64,000 nucleotides of DNA from Eledone cirrhosa (taxonomy: Eukaryota): the NCBI GenBank assembly GCA_964016885.1, contig OZ024766.1, forward strand, positions 13,330,001-13,394,000, in the 5' to 3' direction. A program made the translations under genes and the position numbers. Below the pieces are notes generated by a model. It had not been told where the DNA came from and ran no database searches. It was given only the letters and a program-made list of their open reading frames with translations. Of this stretch, positions 28,330 through 43,600 are shown piece after piece (positions within the stretch are counted from its first letter, which is position 1; each line of letters starts with the position of its first letter).

Positions 28330-31300
28330 TGAATTCTCACCAACAGTGGAGTTACTTCTGACAGCTAATACCATGAACTTAAATGAATTCTCACCAACAG
28401 TGGAGTTACTTCTGACAGCTAATACCATGAACTTAAATGAATTCTCACCAACAGTGGAGTTACTTCTGACAGCTAATACCATGAACTTAAATGAATTCTC
28501 ACCAACATTGGAGTGACTTCTGACAGCTAATACCATGAACTTAAATGAATTCTCACCAACATTGGGGTTACTTCTGACAGCTAGTACCATGAACTTAAAT
28601 GAATTCTCACCAACAGTGGAGTGACTTCTGACAACTAATACCATGAACTTCAATGAATTCTCACCAACATTGGAGTTACTTCTGACAGCTAATACCATGA
28701 CTTAAATGAATTCTCACCAACAGTGGAGTTACTTCTGACAAACTAATACCATGAACTTAAATGAATTCTCACCAACAGTGGAGTTACTTCTGACAGCTAA
28801 TACCATGAACTTAAATGAATTCTCACCAACAGTGGAGTTACTTCTGACAGCTAATACCATGAACTTAAATGAATTCTCACCAACAGTGGAGTTACTTCTG
28901 ACAGCTAATACCATGAACTTAAATGAATTCTCACCAACAGTGGAGTTACTTCTGACAGCTAATACCATGAACTTAAATGAATTCTCACCAACAGTGGAGT
29001 TACTTCTGACAGTTAATACCATGAACTTAAATGAATTCTCACCAACATTGGAGTGACTTCTGACAGCTAATACCATGAACTTAAATGAATTCTCACCAAC
29101 ATTGGGGTTACTTCTGACAGCTAGTACCATGAACTTAAATGAATTCTCACCAACAGTGGAGTGACTTCTGACAGCTAATACCATGAACTTAAATGAATTC
29201 TCACCAACATTGGAGTGACTTCTGACAGCTAATACCATGAACTTAAATGAATTCTCACCAACATTGGAGTGACTTCTGACAGCTAATACCATGAACTTAA
29301 ATGAATTCTCACCAACATTGGGGTTACTTCTGACAGCTAGTACCATGAACTTAAATGAATTCTCACCAACAGTGGAGTGACTTCTGACAGCTAATACCAT
29401 GAACTTAAATGAATTCTCACCAACATTGGAGTGACTTCTGACAGCTAATACCATGAACTTAAATGAATTCTCACCAACAGTGGAGTTACTTCTGACAGCT
29501 AGTACCATGAACTTAAATGAATTCTCACCAACAGTGGAGTTACTTCTGACAGCTAATACCATGAACTTAAATGAATTCTCAGCAACAGTGGAGTTCCTTC
29601 TGACAGCTAATACCATGAACTTAAATGAATTCTCACCAACATTGGAGTTACTTCTGACAGCTAGTACCATGAACTTAAATGAATTCTCACCAACAGTGGA
29701 GTTACTTCTGACAGCTAATACCATGAACTTAAATGAATTCTCACCAACAGTGGCGTTCCTTCTGACAGCTAATACAATGAACTTAAATGAATTCTCACCA
29801 ACAGTGGAGTTACTTCTGACAGCTAATACCATGAACTTAAATGAATTCTCACCAACAGTGGAGTTACTTCTGACAGCTAATACCATGAACTTAAATGAAT
29901 TCTCACCGACATTGGAGTGACTTCTGACAGCTAATACCATGAACTTAAATGAATTCTCACCAACATTGGGGTTACTTCTGACAGCTAGTACCATGAACTT
30001 AAATGAATTCTCACCAACCGTGGAGTGACTTCTGACAGCTAATACCATGAACTTAAATGAATTCTCACCAACATTGGAGTGACTTCTGACAGCTAATACC
30101 ATGAACTTAAATGAATTCTCACCAACAGTGGAGTTACTTCTGACAGCTAGTACCATGAACTTAAATGAATTCTCACCAACAGTGGAGTTACTTCTGACAG
30201 CTAATACCATGAACTTAAATGAATTCTCACCAACAGTGGCGTTCCTTCTGACAGCTAATACCATGAACTTAAATGAATTCTCACCAACAGTGGAGTTACT
30301 TCTGACAGCTAATACCATGAACTTAAATGAATTCTCACCAACAGTGGAGTTACTTCTGACAGCTAATACCATGAACTTAAATGAATTCTCACCAACAGTG
30401 GAGTTACTTCTGACAGCTAATACCATGAACTTAAATGAATTCTCACCAACATTGGAGTGACTTCTGACAGCTAATACCATGAACTTAAATGAATTCTCAC
30501 CAACATTGGGGTTACTTCTGACAGCTAGTACCATGAACTTAAATGAATTCTCACCAACAGTGGAGTGACTTCTGACAACTAATACCATGAACTTCAATGA
30601 ATTCTCACCAACATTGGAGTTACTTCTGACAGCTAATACCATGACTTAAATGAATTCTCACCAACAGTGGAGTTACTTCTGACAAACTAATACCATGAAC
30701 TTAAATGAATTCTCACCAACAGTGGAGTTACTTCTGACAGCTAATACCATGAACTTAAATGAATTCTCACCAACAGTGGAGTTACTTCTGACAGCTAATA
30801 CCATGAACTTAAATGAATTCTCACCAACAGTGGAGTTACTTCTGACAGCTAATACCATGAACTTAAATGAATTCTCACCAACAGTGGAGTTACTTCTGAC
30901 AGCTAATACCATGAACTTAAATGAATTCTCACCAACAGTGGAGTTACTTCTGACAGTTAATACCATGAACTTAAATGAATTCTCACCAACATTGGAGTGA
31001 CTTCTGACAGCTAATACCATGAACTTAAATGAATTCTCACCAACATTGGGGTTACTTCTGACAGCTAGTACCATGAACTTAAATGAATTCTCACCAACAG
31101 TGGAGTGACTTCTGACAGCTAATACCATGAACTTAAATGAATTCTCACCAACATTGGAGTGACTTCTGACAGCTAATACCATGAACTTAAATGAATTCTC
31201 ACCAACATTGGAGTGACTTCTGACAGCTAATACCATGAACTTAAATGAATTCTCACCAACATTGGGGTTACTTCTGACAGCTAGTACCATGAACTTAAAT

Positions 31301-31714
31301 GAATTCTCACCAACAGTGGAGTGACTTCTGACAGCTAATACCATGAACGTAAATGAATTCTCACCAACATTGGAGTGACTTCTGACAGCTAATACCATGA
31401 ACTTAAATGAATTCTCACCAACAGTGGAGTTACTTCTGACAGCTAGTACCATGAACTTAAATGAATTCTCACCAACAGTGGAGTTACTTCTGACAGCTAA
31501 TACCATGAACTTAAATGAATTCTCAGCAACAGTGGAGTTCCTTCTGACAGCTAATACCATGAACTTAAATGAATTCTCACCAACATTGGAGTTACTTCTG
31601 ACAGCTAGTACCATGAACTTAAATGAATTCTCACCAACAGTGGAGTTACTTCTGACAGCTAATACCATGAACTTAAATGAATTCTCACCAACAGTGGCGT
31701 TCCTTCTGACAGCT
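28330..31714. repeat. Duplication of about 1.4 kb at offset 1944 bp (36 monomers)
   Basis: GACAACT, CTTCAAT, GACAAACT and CAGTTAAT variants recur in the same order. ORF boundaries 28729/30673 and 29453/31397 differ by 1944. Confidence 0.8.
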
Positions 31715-34619
31715 AATACCATGAACTTAAATGAATTCTCACCAACAGTGGGGTTACTTCTGACAGCTAGTACCATGAACTTAAATGTATTCTCACCAAC
31801 AGTGGAGTGACTTCTGACAGCTAATACCATGAACTTAAATGAATTCTCACCAACAGTGGAGTTCCTTCTGACAGCTAATACCATGAACTTAAATGAATTC
31901 TCACCAACAGTGGAGTTACTTCTGACAGCTAGTACCATGACTTAAATGAATTCTCACCAACATTGGAGTTCCTTCTGACAGCTAATACCATGAACTTAAA
32001 TGAATTCTCACCAACAGTGGAGTTACTTCTGACAGCTAATACCATGAACTTAAATGAATTCTCACCAACAGTGGAGTTACTTCTGACAGCTAATACCATG
32101 AACTTAAATGAATTCTCACCAACAGTGGAGTTACTTCTGACAGCTAATACCATGAACTTAAATGAATTCTCACCAACATTGGAGTGACTTCTGACAGCTA
32201 ATACCATGAACTTAAATGAATTCTCACCAACATTGGGGTTACTTCTGACAGCTAGTACCATGAACTTAAATGAATTCTCACCAACAGTGGAGTGACTTCT
32301 GACAGCTAATACCATGAACTTAAATGAATTCTCACCAACATTGGAGTTACTTCTGACAGCTAATACCATGACTTAAATGAATTCTCACCAACAGTGGAGT
32401 TACTTCTGACAGCTAATACCATGAACTTAAATGAATTCTCACCAACAGTGGAGTTACTTCTGACAGCTAATACCATGAACTTAAATGAATTCTCACCAAC
32501 AGTGGAGTTACTTCTGACAGCTAATACCATGAACTTAAATGAATTCTCACCGACATTGGAGTGACTTCTGACAGCTAATACCATGAACTTAAATGAATTC
32601 TCACCAACATTGGGGTTACTTCTGACAGCTAGTACCATGAACTTAAATGAATTCTCACCAACCGTGGAGTGACTTCTGACAGCTAATACCATGAACTTAA
32701 ATGAATTCTCACCAACATTGGAGTGACTTCTGACAGCTAATACCATGAACTTAAATGAATTCTCACCAACAGTGGAGTTACTTCTGACAGCTAGTACCAT
32801 GAACTTAAATGAATTCTCACCAACAGTGGAGTTACTTCTGACAGCTAATACCATGAACTTAAATGAATTCTCACCAACAGTGGCGTTCCTTCTGACAGCT
32901 AATACCATGAACTTAAATGAATTCTCACCAACAGTGGAGTTACTTCTGACAGCTAATACCATGAACTTAAATGAATTCTTACCAACAGTGGAGTTACTTC
33001 TGACAGCTAATACCATGAACTTAAATGAATTCTCACCAACAGTGGAGTTACTTCTGACAGCTAATACCATGAACTTAAATGAATTCTCACCAACATTGGA
33101 GTTACTTCTGACAGCTAGTACCATGAACTTAAATGAATTCTCACCAACGGTGCAGTTACTTCTGACAGCTAATACCATGAACTTAAATGAATTCTCACCA
33201 ACAGTGGAGTTACTTCTGACAGCTAATACCATGAACTTAAATGAATTCTCACCAACAGTGGAGTTCCTTCTGACAGCTAATACCATGAACTTAAATGAAT
33301 TCTCACCAACAGTGGAGTTACTTCTGACAGCTAGTACCATGACTTAAATGAATTCTCACCAACATTGGAGTTCCTTCTGACAGCTAATACCATGAACTTA
33401 AATGAATTCTCACCAACAGTGGAGTTACTTCTGACAGCTAATACCATGAACTTAAATGAATTCTCTCCAACAGTGGAGTTACTTCTGACAGCTAATACCA
33501 TGAACTTAAATGAATTCTCACCAACAGTGGAGTTACTTCTGACAGCTAATACCATGAACTTAAATGAATTCTCACCAACATTGGAGTGACTTCTGACAGC
33601 TAATACCATGAACTTAAATGAATTCTCACCAACATTGGGGTTACTTCTGACAGCTAGTACCATGAACTTAAATGAATTCTCACCAACAGTGGAGTGACTT
33701 CTGACAGCTAATACCATGAACTTAAATGAATTCTCACCAACATTGGAGTTACTTCTGACAGCTAATACCATGACTTAAATGAATTCTCACCAACAGTGGA
33801 GTTACTTCTGACAGCTAATACCATGAACTTAAATGAATTCTCACCAACAGTGGAGTTACTTCTGACAGCTAATACCATGAACTTAAATGAATTCTCACCA
33901 ACAGTGGAGTTACTTCTGACAGCTAATACCATGAACTTAAATGAATTCTCACCAACATTGGAGTGACTTCTGACAGCTAATACCATGAACTTAAATGAAT
34001 TCTCACCAACATTGGGGTTACTTCTGACAGCTAGTACCATGAACTTAAATGAATTCTCACCAACAGTGGAGTGACTTCTGACAGCTAATACCATGAACTT
34101 AAATGAATTCTCACCAACATTGGAGTGACTTCTGACAGCTAATACCATGAACTTAAATGAATTCTCACCAACAGTGGAGTTACTTCTGACAGCTAGTACC
34201 ATGAACTTAAATGAATTCTCACCAACAGTGGAGTTACTTCTGACAGCTAATACCATGAACTTAAATGAATTCTCACCAACAGTGGCGTTCCTTCTGACAG
34301 CTAATACCATGAACTTAAATGAATTCTCACCAACAGTGGAGTTACTTCTGACAGCTAATACCATGAACTTAAATGAATTCTTACCAACAGTGGAGTTACT
34401 TCTGACAGCTAATACCATGAACGTAAATGAATTCTCACCAACATTGGAGTGACTTCTGACAGCTAATACCATGAACTTAAATGAATTCTCACCAACATTG
34501 GGGTAACTTCTGACAGCTAGTACCATGAACTTAAATGTATTCTCACCAACAGTGGAGTGACTTCTGACAGCTAGTACCATGAACTTAAATGAATTCTCAC
34601 CAACAGTGGAGTTACTTCT

Positions 34620-37600
34620 GACAGCTAATACCATGAACTTAAATGAATTCTCAGCAACAGTGGAGTTCCTTCTGACAGCTAATACCATGAACTTAAATGG
34701 ATTCTCACCAACATTGGAGTTACTTCTGACAGCTAGTACCATGAACTTAAATGAATTCTCACCAACAGTGGAGTTACTTCTGACAGCTAATACCATGAAC
34801 TTAAATGAATTCTCACCAACAGTGGCGTTCCTTCTGACAGCTAATACAATGAACTTAAATGAATTCTCACCAACAGTGGAGTTACTTCTGACAGCTAGTA
34901 CCATGACTTAAATGAATTCTCACCAACATTGGAGTGACTTCTGACAGCTAATACCATGAACTTAAATGAATTCTCACCAACAGTGGAGTTACTTCTGACA
35001 GCTAATACCATGAACTTAAATGAATTCTCACCAACAGTGGAGTTACTTCTGACAGCTAATACCATGAACTTAAATGAATTCTCACCAACAGTGGAGTTAC
35101 TTCTGACAGCTAATACCATGAACTTAAATGAATTCTCACCAACATTGGAGTGACTTCTGACAGCTAATACCATGAACTTAAATGAATTCTCACCAACATT
35201 GGGGTTACTTCTGACAGCTAGTACCATGAACTTAAATGAATTCTCACCAACAGTGGAGTGACTTCTGACAACTAATACCATGAACTTCAATGAATTCTCA
35301 CCAACATTGGAGTTACTTCTGACAGCTAATACCATGACTTAAATGAATTCTCCCCAACAGTGGAGTTACTTCTGACAGCTAATACCATGAACTTAAATGA
35401 ATTCTCACCAACAGTGGAGTTACTTCTGACAGCTAATACCATGAACTTAAATGAATTCTCACCAACAGTGGAGTTACTTCTGACAGTTAATACCATGAAC
35501 TTAAATGAATTCTCACCAACATTGGAGTGACTTCTGACAGCTAATACCATGAACTTAAATGAATTCTCACCAACATTGGGGTTACTTCTGACAGCTAGTA
35601 CCATGAACTTAAATGAATTCTCACCAACAGTGGAGTGACTTCTGACAGCTAATACCATGAACTTAAATGAATTCTCACCAACATTGGAGTGACTTCTGAC
35701 AGCTAATACCATGAACTTAAATGAATTCTCACCAACAGTGGAGTTACTTCTGACAGCTAGTACCATGAACTTAAATGAATTCTCACCAACAGTGGAGTTA
35801 CTTCTGACAGCTAATACCATGAACTTAAATGAATTCTCAGCAACAGTGGAGTTCCTTCTGACAGCTAATACCATGAACTTAAATGAATTCTCACCAACAT
35901 TGGAGTTACTTCTGACAGCTAGTACCATGAACTTAAATGAATTCTCACCAACAGTGGAGTTACTTCTGACAGCTAATACCATGAACTTAAATGAATTCTC
36001 ACCAACAGTGGCGTTCCTTCTGACAGCTAATACCATGAACTTAAATGAATTCTCACCAACAGTGGAGTTACTTCTGACAGCTAATACCATGAACTTAAAT
36101 GAATTCTTACCAACAGTGGAGTTACTTCTGACAGCTAATACCATGAACTTAAATGAATTCTCACCAACATTGGAGTGACTTCTGACAGCTAATACCATGA
36201 ACTTAAATGAATTCTCACCAACATTGGGGTTACTTCTGACAGCTAGTACCATGAACTTAAATGTATTCTCACCAACAGTGGAGTGACTTCTGACAGCTAA
36301 TACCATGAACTTAAATGAATTCTCACCAACATTGGAGTTACTTCTGACAGCTAATACGAATGACTTAAATGAATTCTCACCAACAGTGGAGTTACTTCTG
36401 ACAGCTAATACCATGAACTTAAATGAATTCTCACCAACAGTGGAGTTACTTCTGACAGCTAATACCATGAACTTAAATGAATTCTCAGCAACAGTGGAGT
36501 TCCTTCTGACAGCTAATACCATGAACTTAAATGAATTCTCACCAACATTGGAGTTACTTCTGACAACTAGTACCATGAACTTAAATGAATTCTCACCAAC
36601 AGTGGAGTTACTTCTGACAGCTAATACCATGAACTTAAATGAATTCTCACCAACAGTGGCGTTCCTTCTGACAGCTAATACCATGAACTTAAATGAATTC
36701 TCACCAACAGTGGAGTTACTTCTGACAGCTAATACCATGAACTTAAATGAATTCTCACCAACATTGGAGTTACTTCTGACAGCCAGTACCATGACTTAAA
36801 TGAATTCTCACCAACAGTGGAGTTACTTCTGACAGCTAATACCATGAACTTAAATGAATTCTCACCAACAGTGGAGTTACTTCTGACAGCTAGTACCATG
36901 AACTTAAATGAATTCTCACCAACATTGGAGTTACTTCTGACAACTAATACCATGACTTAAATGAATTCTCACCAACAGTGGAGTTACTTCTGACAAACTA
37001 ATACCATGAACTTAAATGAATTCTCACCAACAGTGGAGTTACTTCTGACAGCTAATACCATGAACTTAAATGAATTCTCACCAACAGTGGAGTTACTTCT
37101 GACAGCTAATACCATGAACTTAAATGAATTCTCACCAACAGTGGAGTTACTTCTGACAGCTAGTACCATGAACTTAAATGAATTCTCACCAACAGTGGAG
37201 TTACTTCTGACAGCTAGTACCATGAACTTAAATGAATTCTCACCAACAGTGGAGTTACTTCTGACAGCTAATACCATGAACTTAAATGAATTCTCAGCAA
37301 CAGTGGAGTTCCTTCTGACAGCTAATACCATGAACTTAAATGAATTCTCACCAACATTGGAGTTACTTCTGACAGCTAGTACCATGAACTTAAATGAATT
37401 CTCACCAACAGTGGAGTTACTTCTGACAGCTAATACCATGAACTTAAATGAATTCTCACCAACAGTGGCGTTCCTTCTGACAGCTAATACCATGAACTTA
37501 AATGAATTCTCACCAACAGTGGAGTTACTTCTGACAGCTAATACCATGAACTTAAATGAATTCTTACCAACAGTGGAGTTACTTCTGACAGCTAATACCA

Positions 37601-40600
37601 TGAACTTAAATGAATTCTCACCAACAGTGGAGTTACTTCTGACAGCTAGTACCATGAACTTAAATGAATTCTCACCAACAGTGGAGTTACTTCTGACAGC
37701 TAATACCATGAACTTAAATGAATTCTCACCAACAGTGGCGTTCCTTCTGACAGCTAATACCATGAACTTAAATGAATTCTCACCAACAGTGGAGTTACTT
37801 CTGACAGCTAATACCATGAACTTAAATGAATTCTTACCAACAGTGGAGTTACTTCTGACAGCTAATACCATGAACTTAAATGAATTCTCAGCAACAGTGG
37901 AGTTCCTTCTGACAGCTAATACCATGAACTTAAATGGATTCTCACCAACATTGGAGTTACTTCTGACAGCTAGTACCATGAACTTAAATGAATTCTCACC
38001 AACAGTGGAGTTACTTCTGACAGCTAATACCATGAACTTAAATGAATTCTCACCAACAGTGGCGTTCCTTCTGACAGCTAATACAATGAACTTAAATGAA
38101 TTCTCACCAACAGTGGAGTTACTTCTGACAGCTAGTACCATGACTTAAATGAATTCTCACCAACATTGGAGTGACTTCTGACAGCTAATACCATGAACTT
38201 AAATGAATTCTCACCAACAGTGGAGTTACTTCTGACAGCTAATACCATGAACTTAAATGAATTCTCACCAACAGTGGAGTTACTTCTGACAGCTAATACC
38301 ATGAACTTAAATGAATTCTCACCAACAGTGGAGTTACTTCTGACAGCTAATACCATGAACTTAAATGAATTCTCACCAACATTGGAGTGACTTCTGACAG
38401 CTAATACCATGAACTTAAATGAATTCTCACCAACATTGGGGTTACTTCTGACAGCTAGTACCATGAACTTAAATGAATTCTCACCAACAGTGGAGTGACT
38501 TCTGACAACTAATACCATGAACTTCAATGAATTCTCACCAACATTGGAGTTACTTCTGACAGCTAATACCATGACTTAAATGAATTCTCCCCAACAGTGG
38601 AGTTACTTCTGACAGCTAATACCATGAACTTAAATGAATTCTCACCAACAGTGGAGTTACTTCTGACAGCTAATACCATGAACTTAAATGAATTCTCACC
38701 AACAGTGGAGTTACTTCTGACAGTTAATACCATGAACTTAAATGAATTCTCACCAACATTGGAGTGACTTCTGACAGCTAATACCATGAACTTAAATGAA
38801 TTCTCACCAACATTGGGGTTACTTCTGACAGCTAGTACCATGAACTTAAATGAATTCTCACCAACAGTGGAGTGACTTCTGACAGCTAATACCATGAACT
38901 TAAATGAATTCTCACCAACATTGGAGTGACTTCTGACAGCTAATACCATGAACTTAAATGAATTCTCACCAACAGTGGAGTTACTTCTGACAGCTAGTAC
39001 CATGAACTTAAATGAATTCTCACCAACAGTGGAGTTACTTCTGACAGCTAATACCATGAACTTAAATGAATTCTCAGCAACAGTGGAGTTCCTTCTGACA
39101 GCTAATACCATGAACTTAAATGAATTCTCACCAACATTGGAGTTACTTCTGACAGCTAGTACCATGAACTTAAATGAATTCTCACCAACAGTGGAGTTAC
39201 TTCTGACAGCTAATACCATGAACTTAAATGAATTCTCACCAACAGTGGCGTTCCTTCTGACAGCTAATACCATGAACTTAAATGAATTCTCACCAACAGT
39301 GGAGTTACTTCTGACAGCTAATACCATGAACTTAAATGAATTCTTACCAACAGTGGAGTTACTTCTGACAGCTAATACCATGAACTTAAATGAATTCTCA
39401 CCAACATTGGAGTGACTTCTGACAGCTAATACCATGAACTTAAATGAATTCTCACCAACATTGGGGTTACTTCTGACAGCTAGTACCATGAACTTAAATG
39501 TATTCTCACCAACAGTGGAGTGACTTCTGACAGCTAATACCATGAACTTAAATGAATTCTCACCAACATTGGAGTTACTTCTGACAGCTAATACGAATGA
39601 CTTAAATGAATTCTCACCAACAGTGGAGTTACTTCTGACAGCTAATACCATGAACTTAAATGAATTCTCACCAACAGTGGAGTTACTTCTGACAGCTAAT
39701 ACCATGAACTTAAATGAATTCTCAGCAACAGTGGAGTTCCTTCTGACAGCTAATACCATGAACTTAAATGAATTCTCACCAACATTGGAGTTACTTCTGA
39801 CAACTAGTACCATGAACTTAAATGAATTCTCACCAACAGTGGAGTTACTTCTGACAGCTAATACCATGAACTTAAATGAATTCTCACCAACAGTGGCGTT
39901 CCTTCTGACAGCTAATACCATGAACTTAAATGAATTCTCACCAACAGTGGAGTTACTTCTGACAGCTAATACCATGAACTTAAATGAATTCTCACCAACA
40001 TTGGAGTTACTTCTGACAGCCAGTACCATGACTTAAATGAATTCTCACCAACAGTGGAGTTACTTCTGACAGCTAATACCATGAACTTAAATGAATTCTC
40101 ACCAACAGTGGAGTTACTTCTGACAGCTAGTACCATGAACTTAAATGAATTCTCACCAACATTGGAGTTACTTCTGACAACTAATACCATGACTTAAATG
40201 AATTCTCACCAACAGTGGAGTTACTTCTGACAAACTAATACCATGAACTTAAATGAATTCTCACCAACAGTGGAGTTACTTCTGACAGCTAATACCATGA
40301 ACTTAAATGAATTCTCACCAACAGTGGAGTTACTTCTGACAGCTAATACCATGAACTTAAATGAATTCTCACCAACAGTGGAGTTACTTCTGACAGCTAG
40401 TACCATGAACTTAAATGAATTCTCACCAACAGTGGAGTTACTTCTGACAGCTAGTACCATGAACTTAAATGAATTCTCACCAACAGTGGAGTTACTTCTG
40501 ACAGCTAATACCATGAACTTAAATGAATTCTCAGCAACAGTGGAGTTCCTTCTGACAGCTAATACCATGAACTTAAATGAATTCTCACCAACATTGGAGT

Positions 40601-43600
40601 TACTTCTGACAGCTAGTACCATGAACTTAAATGAATTCTCACCAACAGTGGAGTTACTTCTGACAGCTAATACCATGAACTTAAATGAATTCTCACCAAC
40701 AGTGGCGTTCCTTCTGACAGCTAATACCATGAACTTAAATGAATTCTCACCAACAGTGGAGTTACTTCTGACAGCTAATACCATGAACTTAAATGAATTC
40801 TTACCAACAGTGGAGTTACTTCTGACAGCTAATACCATGAACTTAAATGAATTCTCACCAACAGTGGAGTTACTTCTGACAGCTAGTACCATGAACTTAA
40901 ATGAATTCTCACCAACAGTGGAGTTACTTCTGACAGCTAATACCATGAACTTAAATGAATTCTCACCAACAGTGGCGTTCCTTCTGACAGCTAATACCAT
41001 GAACTTAAATGAATTCTCACCAACAGTGGAGTTACTTCTGACAGCTAATACCATGAACTTAAATGAATTCTTACCAACAGTGGAGTTACTTCTGACAGCT
41101 AATACCATGAACTTAAATGAATTCTCACCAACATTGGAGTGACTTCTGACAGCTAATACCATGAACTTAAATGAATTCTCACCAACATTGGGGTTACTTC
41201 TGACAGCTAGTACCATGAACTTAAATGAATTCTCACCAACAGTGGCGTTCCTTCTGACAGCTAATACAATGAACTTAAATGAATTCTCACCAACAGTGGA
41301 GTTACTTCTGACAGCTAGTACCATGACTTAAATGAATTCTCACCAACATTGGAGTGACTTCTGACAGCTAATACCATGAACTTAAATGAATTCTCACCAA
41401 CAGTGGAGTTACTTCTGACAGCTAATACCATGAACTTAAATGAATTCTCACCAACAGTGGAGTTACTTCTGACAGCTAATACCATGAACTTAAATGAATT
41501 CTCACCAACAGTGGAGTTACTTCTGACAGCTAATACCATGAACTTAAATGAATTCTCACCAACATTGGAGTGACTTCTGACAGCTAATACCATGAACTTA
41601 AATGAATTCTCACCAACATTGGGGTTACTTCTGACAGCTAGTACCATGAACTTAAATGAATTCTCACCAACAGTGGAGTGACTTCTGACAACTAATACCA
41701 TGAACTTCAATGAATTCTCACCAACATTGGAGTTACTTCTGACAGCTAATACCATGACTTAAATGAATTCTCCCCAACAGTGGAGTTACTTCTGACAGCT
41801 AATACCATGAACTTAAATGAATTCTCACCAACAGTGGAGTTACTTCTGACAGCTAATACCATGAACTTAAATGAATTCTCACCAACAGTGGAGTTACTTC
41901 TGACAGTTAATACCATGAACTTAAATGAATTCTCACCAACATTGGAGTGACTTCTGACAGCTAATACCATGAACTTAAATGAATTCTCACCAACATTGGG
42001 GTTACTTCTGACAGCTAGTACCATGAACTTAAATGAATTCTCACCAACAGTGGAGTGACTTCTGACAGCTAATACCATGAACTTAAATGAATTCTCACCA
42101 ACATTGGAGTGACTTCTGACAGCTAATACCATGAACTTAAATGAATTCTCACCAACAGTGGAGTTACTTCTGACAGCTAGTACCATGAACTTAAATGAAT
42201 TCTCACCAACAGTGGAGTTACTTCTGACAGCTAATACCATGAACTTAAATGAATTCTCAGCAACAGTGGAGTTCCTTCTGACAGCTAATACCATGAACTT
42301 AAATGAATTCTCACCAACATTGGAGTTACTTCTGACAGCTAGTACCATGAACTTAAATGAATTCTCACCAACAGTGGAGTTACTTCTGACAGCTAATACC
42401 ATGAACTTAAATGAATTCTCACCAACAGTGGCGTTCCTTCTGACAGCTAATACCATGAACTTAAATGAATTCTCACCAACAGTGGAGTTACTTCTGACAG
42501 CTAATACCATGAACTTAAATGAATTCTTACCAACAGTGGAGTTACTTCTGACAGCTAATACCATGAACTTAAATGAATTCTCACCAACATTGGAGTGACT
42601 TCTGACAGCTAATACCATGAACTTAAATGAATTCTCACCAACATTGGGGTTACTTCTGACAGCTAGTACCATGAACTTAAATGTATTCTCACCAACAGTG
42701 GAGTGACTTCTGACAGCTAATACCATGAACTTAAATGAATTCTCACCAACATTGGAGTTACTTCTGACAGCTAATACCATGACTTAAATGAATTCTCACC
42801 AACAGTGGAGTTACTTCTGACAGCTAATACCATGAACTTAAATGAATTCTCACCAACAGTGGAGTTACTTCTGACAGCTAATACCATGAACTTAAATGAA
42901 TTCTCAGCAACAGTGGAGTTCCTTCTGACAGCTAATACCATGAACTTAAATGAATTCTCACCAACATTGGAGTTACTTCTGACAACTAGTACCATGAACT
43001 TAAATGAATTCTCACCAACAGTGGAGTTACTTCTGACAGCTAATACCATGAACTTAAATGAATTCTCACCAACAGTGGCGTTCCTTCTGACAGCTAATAC
43101 CATGAACTTAAATGAATTCTCACCAACAGTGGAGTTACTTCTGACAGCTAATACCATGAACTTAAATGAATTCTCACCAACATTGGAGTTACTTCTGACA
43201 GCCAGTACCATGACTTAAATGAATTCTCACCAACAGTGGAGTTACTTCTGACAGCTAATACCATGAACTTAAATGAATTCTCACCAACAGTGGAGTTACT
43301 TCTGACAGCTAGTACCATGAACTTAAATGAATTCTCACCAACATTGGAGTTACTTCTGACAACTAATACCATGACTTAAATGAATTCTCACCAACAGTGG
43401 AGTTACTTCTGACAAACTAATACCATGAACTTAAATGAATTCTCACCAACAGTGGAGTTACTTCTGACAGCTAATACCATGAACTTAAATGAATTCTCAC
43501 CAACAGTGGAGTTACTTCTGACAGCTAATACCATGAACTTAAATGAATTCTCACCAACGGTGGAGTTACTTCTGACAGCTAGTACCATGAACTTAAATGA

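Noticed and set aside
28729-30642. Apparent avoidance of stop codons in the minus frame as evidence of selection
   Set aside because: Only 7 of 162 possible single-base changes in the consensus create a minus-frame stop, so few are expected. Stops do occur (about 346, 2557, 45133, 53243), and frameshifts are abundant.
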